From: Octopus vulgaris
Lineage: Eukaryota
Assembly: GCA_951406725.2 (NCBI GenBank)
Contig: OX597821.1
Coordinates: 34,224,001 to 34,288,000, forward strand
DNA: 64,000 nt
Direction: 5' to 3'
How positions within the stretch are numbered: the first letter of the stretch is position 1; the number at the start of each line of letters is the position of its first letter. Below the pieces are notes generated by a model. The model did no database searches, was not told where the DNA came from, and worked only from the letters and a program-made list of their open reading frames with translations. Position numbers and translations under genes: made by a program. Below, piece by piece: positions 38,680 through 50,912 of this stretch.

Positions 38680-39480
38680 CAATCACAGGTGTCATTCACA
38701 TGTATGTGCCATCCGTAGAAACCATTTATACACAAGTATCATCCACTTTACAAATATCATTCACACACAGGTGACATCACACACAGGTGTCATTGACACA
38801 CAAGTGTAATCCACACAACTGTCATCCATTCCTAGGAGTCATTTACATATCATTCACACACATGATATCCATGCAGGTGTATTCATACAGGTGTATCATC
38901 AACATACAGGTGTCATCCATACAAGTCATCCACACACATGTTTCATTGATTTGCAGGGGCCATTCACTCATATATGTCAACCATACAAATGCATTATCTA
39001 CATGCAGGTGTCATCCATATAGGTGTCATGAATGCAGGTGTCATAAGGCAGTGTGCTGGTAGAAATGTTAGTGTGCCGGGCAAAATGCTTAGCAATATTT
39101 CGTCTGCTGTTACGTTCTGAGTTCAAATTCCGCCGAGGTTGACTTTGCCTTTCATCCTTTCAGGGTCGATAAATTAAGTACCAGTTACACGCTGGGGGTC
39201 AATCTAATTGACTCAATCCCTTTGTCTGTCCTTGTTTGTCCCCTCTGTGTTTAGCCCCTTGTGGGCAATAAAGAAATATGAATGCAGGTGTCATTTATTC
39301 TCAGATGCTTTCTATACTCATGTGTCATTCAAACAGGTGTATACATACAGGTGTCATGCTTACAGATGACATGCACACAGGTGTCATTCACCAACAGATG
39401 TCATCAATACACATGTATCTTTAACATACAGGTGCCATGAATACAGGTGTCATTTACTCACAGATGTCATCCATATACAT
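38680..39480. repeat. Degenerate 15-17-bp minisatellite (CAGGTGTCATYCACA-like), split by a B SINE
   Basis: Recurrent CAGGTGTCAT on both sides of the SINE. Confidence 0.75.
39047..39277 (+). mobile_element. SINE family B
   Basis: 17-bp TSD ATGAATGCAGGTGTCAT. Confidence 0.92.
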
Positions 39481-39756
39481 GTGCAATAATTAAATTATGC
39501 ATGTTATTGTGTTTTGTTATGCATGTGATACCCCAATCCATGGAAAAAAAAAATTGTCTTTCATGAGATCAATCTGAGGTGCAAAAGTAGTTAAGGACTA
39601 ATGCTCTGATGGGTCTGCCAATTCTCCACCTAGTTATCCCAAGCTGTGTGCACCGTAAACCTTAGCATTCATTTTAGAAGTGAAGAAATTTTGAAATTTT
39701 TCAGCAGATGAAATTGTTACATAAGCTAGAGTGACTACCCTTTTATATTATATCCT

Positions 39757-40119
39757 CCTCGAAATCGAATTGAACCAGCCAGGATCCCTGGTCTGGTGGT
39801 ACGTAAAAAGCACTATCCGACTCGTGGCCGATGCCAGCGCCGCCTCGACTGGCTTCCGTGCCAGTGGCACATAAAATACACCAATCCGACCGTGGCCGTT
39901 GCCAGCCTCGCCTGGCACCTGTGCAGGTGTCACGTAAAAAGCACCCACTACACTCACGGAGTGGTTGGCGTTAGGAAGGGCATCCAGCTGTAGAAACATT
40001 GCCAGATAAGACTGGAGCCTGGTGCAGCCTTCTGGCTTCCCAGATCCCCGGTCGAACCGTCCAACCCATGCTAGCATGGAGAACGGACGTTAAACGATGA
40101 TGATGATGATGATGATGAT
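39757..40119 (+). mobile_element. Family D with tandem units
   Basis: Units plus conserved tail and (GAT)n. Confidence 0.88.
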
Positions 40120-40614
40120 CCATTTTCGTTAAGGGATCGTTGAGAATGTAATTAAAAGTAAAACAGTTCTAACTGAAAATAGAAACCTATTTGACACTCA
40201 CTTCCTGAAGTATTTCACTTCAACTTGCAGTTGTCAATTATGGAAAACTAATCGCTTCATTTTTGGAAACAATTGATCAGTCTGCCAATCAGTTGAGACA
40301 TGAATGACACATAAACTCCATGTCCCAAACAGAGTGGGGAAAAACAGAAAAACGAAATAAAAATAATATAGAAAAAAAAACATGTGATCCGCATCGGTCT
40401 GATGAGTGTTTCTGCAACAGACATAATGACACCAATGAATTGGTAAATTGAGTTAAATTAAATTAAATATAATTTTCAATTTTCTATCATTTTCACCAAA
40501 TTAACCTTAATTGCGATACGTTTGAGCTTTTTTTCTATTACCTCAAAGCACTTATCAAAGTATAAACAGATAGGTTTGTCAAACAGGCATGGGCAGACGG
40601 ATGGGGGAGATGGA

Positions 40615-40742
40615 TACATACATACACATACATATGCACACATACACACATATACATATGCATGTATTATACTCACACATATACACGTCTCCACATTCTC
40701 ATACACACACACACACACATATATATACTAGCTTTATCTCTC

Positions 40743-40779
<37 letters not shown>

Positions 40780-41203
40780 CTCTTTGTTTTGCTCACTATC
40801 ACATACACATACATACACACATACACATACATATGCACATACACATACACACATACATATACATACACCCATACACACATACACATTCACATATTCATAC
40901 ACACATATACATATACATACACACATGCACATACACATGTATATACACATGCACATACAAACACACATACACATACATGCATGCATACTCATGCATACAC
41001 AAATACACACGCATACACACAAATGCATACACACATGCTCTCGCTCCTCCCTCCCTCTCTCTCACACATACTCTCTCTCTCTCTCCTCATTTACACACTT
41101 TTTCTTTCTCTCTCTTGCACATACGCACACATTTTCTCTCTGACACACTCATACATCTACAAATATGCACATACACATCTACACATTCCTCCTCTTTATC
41201 TCA

Positions 41204-41243
<40 letters not shown>

Positions 41244-41415
41244 TACACATACAAACATTCACATCCACATTCAGCCACAATACCTCCTCACTGTCCTTCC
41301 ACGTGCATATGAATGCACGCATGCACACACACACACAAACACAGAACCATGCACACACAAAGACAAATACACACACACATACACACACATACACACACAC
41401 ACACACACACATACA
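40615..41415. repeat. Long degenerate (CA/TA/CT)n tract
   Basis: Direct reading; explains the His/Thr-rich ORFs. Confidence 0.93.
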
Positions 41416-42439
41416 TTTCATTGACTGTCAGTATGTCATGTTGATAAGTTTGTACATCTTAGAAGTTGCTGTCTTTAGGAATGGTAATTCTGAAGATGGC
41501 CACACCCTTCAAGATTGTTATCTTGAATCGGTAGAGCTTCAGAAGAGATGCATTGTGCTATTTGTCCTGGCAAAGATGTTCTGTGTTCAAATCCTATCAA
41601 GTTCAACTTTTGCCTTTTCTCATTTTAGGATTTCATTTTAAGGATGTGTGGTCTTTTTTTTGTCCAGCCCTATACCAGGGATGCTCAGGGGCAGATTAGG
41701 GACCACATAAATCCAGGGGGAAGCTTCTCAAGCATGTGTGGATGGTGGTTGCCCTTTGTTGGATTAGCATATGCACATATCATGATCACCATCATCATCA
41801 TTTTCATCATTGTATCATCATCATCATCATCATCATCATCATGTCACCAAAGACTGGGTCTTTTAATTCATTTGTGCTAATTAAGCTCTGGTAACTAAGT
41901 TCGTTAATTTTTCACAATGTTCTCTTTATGTTGTTTCATTATAATTATTAGGCTCTATTATTAGATTACAATTGGCCTTTCAGTAATTTGCGCAAAGAAA
42001 AAAAAAATTAATTAAAAACTGAAATCAATGTTGCCTTTGTTTAATTGTTTTTGTTTTTTTTTGTTATTGTATGAAGGTATTATAAATAAGAGATATCAAC
42101 AACTTGGGTGGCTCTTGGTGTTATTGTCATTGTTACTGCTGTTGTTTAGCCCTAGGCTAGTCCTCATTAAGCAGGTCTATGAATAAAGTATGATCAAACT
42201 GATGTAATCCCATATTTTCCTATATCCATATTTCCTTACATTGTCTAATGCATCATTTCTGTTTTAAGATAGGCTGTGATTTGAAGGAAACTAGCTGCTA
42301 TTTCTTGCAGTCACAGAGGTGGCATAGAAGCTTCCTTATGGCCTTGTGTGTGGTAAACCTTCTGGACACGAACTTTATGTGTATTGCATGGTAGAATGCT
42401 GTGATGGTGTGGTGTTGCGATGGTAGATCTCTTCAGTGT

Positions 42440-42765
42440 TTGACCTCTAGTGTGGATGACCTCTGTGATGGTTGACCTCTGGCATGGTTGACCTCTGGCA
42501 TGGCTGACCTATTGTGTAGTTGACATCTTGTGTGGTTGACCTCTTGTGTGGTTGACCTCTTGTGTGGTTGACCCCTGTGATGGTTGACCTCTTGTGTAGT
42601 TGATCTCTTGCATGGTTGACCGTTTATATAGTAAATTTCTTGTGCAGTCGACTTTTTGAGTGGTTGACCTCTTGAGCAGTTGATCCCTTAGTTGACTAAT
42701 CTCTTGGGTACTTGATCTCTTGGATGGTTGACCTCTTAGTAGATTTCTTGCCTTGTTGACCTCTT
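42440..42765. repeat. 16-bp minisatellite GTTGACCTCTTGTGTG, about 20 degenerate copies
   Basis: Direct reading; ORF 42509-42805 merely translates it. Confidence 0.88.
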
Positions 42766-43927
42766 GGGTGACAGGCTTATTTAGTGGCAGATCTAGATCT
42801 TCCATCTAATATGTATATGTGTGGATATGTGGGTGTGTTTGTAAGGTAACCTCACTACAAGTAGGGCTTCATAAAAGCAGCCAGTGCATTCTATAAAGTG
42901 GTTAGGAACGGTATCCACCAAAGGAGGAGACATTGGAGGAAGACTTGGTCCTCTAACTCATCAGTTTCCGTACAGCCATCAACTCATGGCAGTATGGTTA
43001 ATGGGCATAAAATCATGATGATATTGATGATGATGATGATGAAGATTATGATATCGATGGTAATCCTTTTTCTTAAGAAAGACACAACAAGGCAAATTTG
43101 GAAATTAGGTGTAAACTGAACCAAAATTAAAACAATAGAACAATGATTTTTACACACACACACAAATCCACACACACATACACACACATGCACACACATC
43201 TACACAGACACATCTACACACACACAAACGCACACATACACACACACACACATGCTATTTGCCTTGTATTTTGATATTTCAGATTTAAAATTTTCTTGTT
43301 GAGAGAATAGAAGAGCTAGCGCTGTCTACACCAATCAAAATAATTAATCAATTAGCCAATCAGTATAATTTGATCATGCCTGTTATTAATCGATGGATCA
43401 AGTGGTTCTTTATCTTTTCTTTCTTCTTTCAATCAAGATGGCTTCTTTAATCCTTAAACTTCCAATATTTCTTTCTGTGGCCTTTGTAGTAAACATGTCA
43501 TTGTTATGTTTTTTCTTTCTTTCTTTCTTTTTTTTTTTTGAAGGAGGCATTTCTATAAAGTGATGCCCCAGCATGGCCCCAATCCAATGACTGAAACAAG
43601 ATAAAAAAAATAAAAGCTAAATTTATAACAAATTTTAAAGTATACAATGTAGGTCCATAAACAAGTGTCAACATTATTTATGGGGCAGTTGGCTAACATG
43701 CAAATATTGTTATCATGTGTAGGTCATCTCCAAGACAGATATTTTCTCAGAGGATAACCAGTGTGATTTAATTCTGGGATAACTTGATTTAGTGCAGCAG
43801 TCATTCTTGCATTAAAGTGTGGCAAGTTTTGTAGAGGTGTGAGCTTTCTTTGGTGATATATTAATGAGCAATTGTTTGGCAGTGGACGCACATGGCTTAG
43901 TGGTTAGGATGTGGGACTTATTTCAAG

Positions 43928-44204
43928 TAATTTTAATTCAATTTTAATTGGCTCAAAAAGCAAAAGCAAGGCCATGTAGGGGGACAGGGAGTTATGTACA
44001 AGGAGGGTGGTCATACAAAGAGTTCAGGCCATTTCTGGTCAAGAGAGACTTTGAACTGAGTGGTCGTCAGCATCTTCACTATCTTGTCCGGCAGCTTATT
44101 CCACGGATCCACAACCCGGACGGAGAAAGCCCCTCTCCTTCGACTGAGATGAAATCGTCGTAGATAGAGCTTTTCGGAGTGACCCTGCAGCCCACGCTCT
44201 GGAG
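43928..44204 (-). mobile_element. CR1/L2-group LINE 3' end
   Basis: Minus strand LQGHSEKLYLRRFHLSRRRGAFSVRVVDPWNKLPDKIV...FKVSLDQKWPELFV*, then a short UTR and AATTAAAATT-repeat tail. Confidence 0.85.
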
Positions 44205-44343
44205 CGTGGTTTCAATTCCTGGACTGGGTGATGCATTGTGTTCTTCAGCAAAACACTTCATTTTGCTTTACTCCAGTCCACTCAGCTTGCAAAATGAGTA
44301 ATTCTGTAATGGACTGGTGTCCCATCCAGGTGGGTAATGTATA

Positions 44344-44722
44344 CACTACCGTCAGAAATTAATTAGCACCCTTGATTTGCTCTTCACTCAAGTATGTGCT
44401 GTCACCTAGTGGCCATATCTCGAACTATTGCTTTGTTGCGAGTTCACTGTTGCGCAGAACGATGACGTAACTTTGTTTGCAGAACAGTTTGAGAGTCTAC
44501 AGCCTTATGATGTTGACATAGCAGTGCAACAACAACTTGGAGTGCGGATGCAGACAAATCTTCCTTTGTTTAATAGATATAGGTAGCGCCTCGCAAGGAC
44601 CGAAATCACACCATACTAAGTTTTCTCATCGCGTAAGACGTTTTGAACAGCTCATAGGTTAATTGATTTAACCTATTTAATGTAGAAATTTGAGAAGTGC
44701 TAATTAATTTCTGACGCAAGTG
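44344..44722. mobile_element. Tc1-like MITE
   Basis: TA|CACTACCGTCAGAAATTAATTAGCAC...GTGCTAATTAATTTCTGACGCAAGTG|TA. Confidence 0.88.
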
Positions 44723-44919
44723 TATGTCATGGAAACTGAGAAACCAGCCCTTATGAGTCTATATAGCTTGGGAAGGAACTTTACCTTACTTTTCATTGTT
44801 TAGCAAAAGATGCTAACTACCTGATGTCCATTAGCATCCTTTGGAAATTCTTGGTGTGGCTGGTTCCCTTGCCTGCTTTGTTTCATTGGTTGCATCTTTT
44901 TGTGTACATCTATCTCTTT

Positions 44920-45650
44920 ACCATTTAGTTGTCAATCATTGTATTATGGCCATGCTGGGGTACCATCTGGAATGGCTTTTTTTTAGTCAAACAAATCCTC
45001 TCTTTTGCACTTATTCCATCAATCTCTTATGCTGAACTGCTACGTTACAGGTATGTAAATGAACCAACATCAGTTTTTAATCAGTAGGGTGGGTAGGGTG
45101 ACAAACACACACACACACACGCACGCACATACACACACACACACACACATGCGCGTGCACACAGTTTCCACACAGTTTCCATCTGCAAACTCACTGACAA
45201 AGTATTGGTTAGCTTAGGATTATAGTAGAAGACACTTGCTCAAGATGTTGTGCAGTGGGACTGAACCCAGAACCACATAGTTGCCAAACAAACTTCTTAG
45301 CCACTCGGGCATACCTGCACCTATATGTAATACTTGATTCAACAAGTAGACAGCCTTAGATTGTGTTGGTAGAGATGATTGGTAGCACATAAATAGACCC
45401 CTAAAGTAGGGCTATCACAACAGCATTATAGACTCCAGGCAAAGCTACTTAATGGGGTCACTACATGCAAAATCATAACATGCTGGTACAGGTGTGGCTG
45501 TGTAGCAAGAAGCTTGCTTCCCAACCACATGGTTCTGAGTTCAGTCTCACTGTGTGGCACCTTGGGCAAGTGTCTTGTACTATAGCCTTAGGCTGATGAA
45601 AGCCTTGTGAGTGAATTTGGAAGATGGAAACTGAAAGAAGTCCATCATAA
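44920..45650. mobile_element. Two diverged family A SINEs (minus 44920-45320; plus 45488-45648)
   Basis: A head and tail signatures. Confidence 0.75.
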
Positions 45651-45861
45651 GACGCATCCCTATTTTCGAAGGATATATTATGGGAAAAAACAATTTTAGT
45701 ATGTTCCATCATACTTTTATTGGAAGATATTTTAAAGGAGTTTTGTAGGAAAAATTGTATGATTATCTGCCTGAAATCCAATATTGTGACAATATACTAG
45801 AATAGAATATGAAATCATATGTAGTTTTGCATTCACCTTTAGAGGAAACTAAATTAAATTT

Positions 45862-46198
45862 CTATATCTAAGAGATGAGGAATCATAAACATTATATACA
45901 TTATTTACATTTGATGGATATTTGCCCACAGGTATATAGTGTAGTGGTTAAGATTGCGGGCTACTAACCCCAAGATTCCGAGTTCAATTCCAGGCAGTGA
46001 CCTGAATAATAATAATAATAATAATAACAATAATGATAATAATAATAACAACATTGAAAAATACCTTAGGAATGAGAACCCAGGTTTGAAATTTCCCCCA
46101 GACACCTGATGAAGGCTAAAGAGTATATCAGCTGAAACGTGTTAACAACAAACAAGATGAGGACAAATATCCGTCAAATGTAAATAATGTAAATAATG
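45862..46198 (+). mobile_element. tRNA-headed short element with hammerhead core and inverted terminal copy
   Basis: A box TAGTGTAGTGG (45937), B box GAGTTCAATTCC (45980), (AAT)n, CTGATGA...GAAAC (46106-46138), 45898-45924 inverted versus 46164-46190, flanking 12-bp direct repeat TAAATTAAATTT. Confidence 0.75.
46101..46143 (+). ncRNA. Hammerhead ribozyme motif (probably inactive copy)
   Basis: GACAC CTGATGA AGGCT-loop-AGCT GAAAC GTGTT; GACAC/GTGTT can form stem I, but then no NUH triplet remains. Confidence 0.6.
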
Positions 46199-46529
46199 TA
46201 AATTAAATTTGTCATAACAAAAAAGAAATATACATCGGTATCATTGAAAGCTGGTACATGCAAACAATAAACAAATATACTGATAAAAACTGGTACAAAA
46301 CCAATCGGTAAGGTACAATAAATGTGATGAATTCCTATAGATAGTTACAGTTACTCGTTCTCACTGTTGCCATCCATATTACTGGTCCTCTCTTCATCAC
46401 TGGAATTCTCTGCAATAGGATCTGGGTCATCAATATCCTCAAACAGTAAATCGTCCTCTGTTCCATCAAGGGTATTACTAACGTCATATTTTTTGAATGA
46501 TTCCACAACTACTTTTTCTTTGACAGTAT

Positions 46530-46927
46530 TCTCTTTTACTCTTTTACTCTTGTTTCAGTGATTTGACTGCTGCCATGCTGAAGCACCGCCTTTAGTTGAA
46601 CAAATCGAACCCAGGACTTATTCTTTGTAAGCCTAGTACTTATTCTATCAGTCTCTCTTGCAGAACCGCTAAGTTACGGGGATGTAAACACACCAGCATC
46701 GGTTGTCAAGCGATGTTGGGAGGACAGACACACAAACACACAAACACACACACATACATATATACGACAGGCTTCTTTCAGTTTCCGTCTACTAAATCCA
46801 CTCACAAGGCTTTGATCGGCCCGAGGCTATAGAAGAAAACACTTTCCCAAGGTGACACGCAGTGGGACTGAACCCAGAACCATGTGGTTGGTAAGCAAGC
46901 TACTTACCACACAGCCACTCCTGCACC
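46530..46927 (-). mobile_element. SINE family A, full length, inside the pogo remnant
   Basis: A pattern. Confidence 0.9.
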
Positions 46928-47562
46928 TGTTCTATGAACTTTTTACGCACTCACACACCTGTGTAATAGAAAGCCTCTTCCTTCTTCCTGTTGGTGTCAC
47001 TTCAAAATCTGTAAACGGCATTCGCTTGCTCCACTCCTTCTGCTTGAATCTTTTAAGTGGTTCATTGATTGAAACCTCTAAAAGCTGTAACTGGCTGGGT
47101 AATTCCTCTCCAAGTTCATCTTAACAAATTCAGTTCTATGAGCCTGAAACTGGTCCCAAACTAACAAGACAGGTTTCTTTAATAGCGCACCAGGAGGCCT
47201 GAACTACACTTTATCAAACCACAATTTCATTCCTCTCTCATCCATCCCACCTTTTGGGAGGAGATGAACATAAATGCTATTGGGTATCCTTTCTTTAGGC
47301 AATGACTTTCTTTTAAAATTCAAAAAGATGGCATTTTTGTGTCATCAATGCAGCATGCTAATACAACCATGTAGTGTGTCTTTTCATGGCCACATATTTT
47401 AATAGTCACAGCTTTAGCACCTTTGGCTTCTACCATCTTGTTTGATGGCACATTAATGTCAAAGAGACTTTGTCCATATTTGCTATCTGTGAAAGTTCAA
47501 AATTAACTTCTTTTCTTGCAGTAATGATATACCTATGAAACTTGAGTATTTGATCTTCATAT

Positions 47563-47816
47563 GCACGTGCACATGTAAAAAGATTCGAGCGAGGTCATTG
47601 CCAGTGCCACCTGACTGGCCCCCGTGCCGGTGGCACGTAAAAAGCACCCACTACACTCTCGGAGTGGTTGGCGTTAGGAAGGGCATCCAGCTGTAGAAAC
47701 TCTGCCAGATCAAAATTGGAGCCTGGTGCAGCCATCTGGCTCACCAGCCCTCAGTCAAAATCGTCCAACCCATGCTAGCATGGAAAGCGGACGTTAAACG
47801 ATGATGATGATGATGA
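47563..47816 (+). mobile_element. Family D copy inside the pogo remnant
   Basis: D unit plus tail plus (GAT)n. Confidence 0.9.
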
Positions 47817-47982
47817 TTCAGGGGGCATTTTTGTGCAATTCTTAGCTATTACAGGAGAGTAATGAGTTATTATTTTTTCCTTAACTGAATGTAACAAATG
47901 TAGTCTTTGATTCACTCTTGGGTGGAGGTCACGAATGCATTAATTAAAATTCTGAAATTAATCATACACACACATACATACA

Positions 47983-48028
<46 letters not shown>

Positions 48029-48839
48029 TATATTTATACAGAGGTTATTTCTCCTCATAAATAGATATATATTTATACAGAGGTTATTTCTCCTCATAAA
48101 TCTGGAACACCATGATGTTGACCCTTTAAAACCATTGATATTTGTCCATTGCTATAAGTCTTGAATGGTATACAATCATTTTTGTGTATACTGCAAAACC
48201 TGATCTTTGGTCTAAAACTGATGTTTTTAATTCTTCTAGTTCAGGCCACTTTACAACTCCTCTACAGAGGCAGTGTTTGCTATGTTTAGCAGCTTTCAGC
48301 TGCTCTTTGTGTTTCCTCTAAGTCCTTACCATTTTCTTGGTTGGTTGTGGACCAAAAAAAATGAGTAACTGCTCTATTACCATGGTCTTTTGTGTATGCT
48401 ACAACATCTGGTTTCAAATTTTATGTTAAAACAGTGCTTTTTTTTTTTGTTTTTCAGCCATGTATTTGGACTCAGTATGAAATTTATCATAAATGAACTT
48501 ACCGGTATGTTATCTGCAACCATACCTCAACTCTTGCCTCCTCTCAGATTAGCTGTATAGTTGTCTATATTTTGGGCAAGAGAATTGCTGTACAGGATAT
48601 GAAACTCGTATTTCTGGCTGTGATGTTTTGTCACCGTGACAGGCCTTAATGTGGAGAATAGGGAGAAAGAGACTAAAAGAACCAAATACAAATGAAAGAC
48701 CAAGAAAGGGAAACAACAGGACAGAGGCGCTGTTGTGAAAGTGAAACCTCCAACACATCGTCTGATCTAATCATTGCAAATGACTGCCAGGTAGATGAAA
48801 GTTTATTAACATTCCGTTCAAATTTCTAGGAGAAATTTT

Positions 48840-48958
48840 CATTTAGATAATGAACAAATGTTTCTTAAAGGTAATTCAGTCGTTAAATAATCTAATACAT
48901 TTAGATAATGAACAAATGTTTCTTAAAGGTAATTCAGTTGTTAAATAATGTAATACAT
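48840..48958. repeat. 58-bp tandem duplication
   Basis: CATTTAGATAATGAACAAATGTTTCTTAAAGGTAATTCAGT.GTTAAATAAT.TAATA twice. Confidence 0.9.
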
Positions 48959-49318
48959 ATGTCAGGTGCGGATTATGTATGCTGGGGAAGGAGGTGAGAT
49001 GATGTGTGCTTCCCTCATAATTGCCAATGTATCGTAAGCAACTTTTCATAAATTTTGTGATAACAGACTGTGATAATTTGGCTTGTTTTCAATACTTTAT
49101 TAGCAATAACACAATTTACTGCAATAATCTGGTTTGTTTTCATTATTTTATTATTAGCAGTAATTTTTGTGCCTAGGGAACTTACCTAGTATGCTTGTCC
49201 AAATCCCTAGCCTATGGCACATGGTCACCCATCTGTAATATAGTTGCATTAGACGCAGGACAATTTTTTGATACATTTATAAATGAGAAAAGCTTGTCCA
49301 ACCTGCTGGCAAATATGG

Positions 49319-49379
<61 letters not shown>

Positions 49380-49413
49380 GATGATGATATATATATATAT
49401 ATACATATATATA

Positions 49414-49465
<52 letters not shown>

Positions 49466-49485
49466 CATACATATATATATATATA

Positions 49486-49540
<55 letters not shown>

Positions 49541-49569
49541 TCATATATGTATATATATATATATATATC

Positions 49570-49950
49570 ATGGCACTCTGTTGGTTACAGCAACGAGAGT
49601 TCAGTTAATCCAATCAATGGAACAGCCTGCTCATGAAATTATCATGCAAGTGGCTGAGCACTCTACAGACATGTGTACCCTTAATGTAGTTCTCGGGGAT
49701 ATTCAGTGTGACACAGAGTGTGACAAGGCTGGCACTTTGAAATACAGGTACGACAGAAACAGGATGAAAGAGTGAGAGGAAGTTGTGATGAAAGAGTACA
49801 CCAGGGTTCGCCACCACCCACTGCCAGAGCCTCTTGGAGCTTTAGGTGTTTGCGCTCAATAAACACTCACAACACCCAGCCTGGGAATCGAAACTGCGAT
49901 CCTACAACTTTGAGTCTGCTGTCCTAACCACTGGGCCATTGCACCTCCAC
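49570..49950 (-). mobile_element. SINE family C, tail X
   Basis: Reverse complement of 18531-18912. Confidence 0.88.
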
Positions 49951-49955
49951 ATATA

Positions 49956-49999
<44 letters not shown>

Positions 50000-50000
<1 letters not shown>

Positions 50001-50370
50001 TTATGTGAGTGTATCTGTGTTTTTCCTCCCTGTCATTGCTTGACAACTGATACTGGTGTGTTTACATACCCGTAACTTGTTCAGCAAAAGGAACCAACGG
50101 AATAAGTCCTAGGCTTGCAAAGAATAAATCCTGGGGTCGATTTCTTCAACTAAAACACTTTAAGGTGGTGCTCCAGCATAGCCACAGTCAAATGACTGAA
50201 ATAAGTGAGAGAATAAAAGAATAAAAGAATGCATAGAATAAAGGAATACATGGAATATATAGAATACAGAGAATGGAGTCCTGGAGTTGATTTCTTCAAC
50301 TAAAACCCTTTAACATGGTGCTCCAGTATGGCTGCAGTCAAATGACTGAAACAAGTAAACGAATAAAAGA
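50000..50370 (+). mobile_element. SINE family A 3' half with duplicated tail
   Basis: TCCTGG.GT.GATTTCTTCAACTAAAAC...GACTGAAA occurs twice. Confidence 0.8.
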
Positions 50371-50459
50371 ATCCATAGATTAACATGGTGCCTCTAGACA
50401 CATGGAACTCCTATCTAAATGACTAGTATCTGATGATGGTATTGCCATCTTCATATCTG

Positions 50460-50690
50460 AAGTGGCGAGCTGGCAGAAACGTTAGCACGCCGGGCGAAAT
50501 GCTTAGCGGTATTTCGTCTGCGTTACGTTGTGAGTTCAAATTCCGCCGAGGTCGACTTTGCCTTTCATCCTTTCGGGGTCGATAAATTAAGTACCAGTTA
50601 CGCACTGGGGTCGATGTAATCGACTTAATACCTATGTCTGTCCTTGTTTGTCCCCTCTGTGTTTAGCCCCTTGTGGGTAATAAAGAAATA
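50460..50690 (+). mobile_element. SINE family B, young full-length copy
   Basis: CpG-intact GGCGAGCTGGCAGAAACGTTAGCACGCCGGGCG...GAGTTCAAATTCC...CCTTTCATCCTTTCGGGGTCGATAAATTAAGTACCAG. Confidence 0.92.
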
Positions 50691-50876
50691 GGTATTGCCC
50701 TTTAGGCAGCTTTTCTTTAGAAGATGGTATTAACAAGTACCTCCGTGTCTTGAAATAAAAGGGACCTCCATATGGTTGTACATCCAGCTATAAAAAGTAG
50801 CCAAATCTCCCTGAAACCTCATCTTGCTGTCTTAATACAAAGATAAGGAGACTCATTGGATAATGTAGTCTAAAAA

Positions 50877-50912
<36 letters not shown>

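Larger units (their letters stand above)
43885..44785 (+). mobile_element. CORE-type SINE (tail Y) interrupted by a CR1 fragment and a Tc1-like MITE
   Basis: Head at 43885-43925 resumes at about 44204 (GGTTTCAATTCC); tail resumes after 44724. Confidence 0.7.
46385..48461 (-). pseudogene. Decayed pogo/Tigger (POGK-like) transposase, interrupted by SINEs and a copied segment
   Basis: Minus strand remnants in order: ATG at 48461, DHGNRAV..KWPELEE (HTH), GSTSWCSRFMRRNNL, QIANMDK..CGHEKTHYMVVLACC, LLVWDQFQAH, SQLQLLEVSINEP, ESFKKYDVSNTLDGTEDDLLFED; many stops and frameshifts. Confidence 0.85.

Noticed and set aside
40399-40425. CTGATGAG as a hammerhead core (also about 23930 and 54491)
   Set aside because: No stem II followed by GAAA downstream
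42509-42805. 98-aa repetitive ORF
   Set aside because: Simply the 16-bp minisatellite read through
46385-48461. Domesticated POGK-like host gene
   Set aside because: Multiple stops, frameshifts and SINE insertions without splice signals
49186-49232. Small AG...GTAAGT-bounded exon candidates on the minus strand (also near 912, 8663 and 48502)
   Set aside because: Short, weak polypyrimidine tracts, no recognisable peptide; expected by chance in 64 kb
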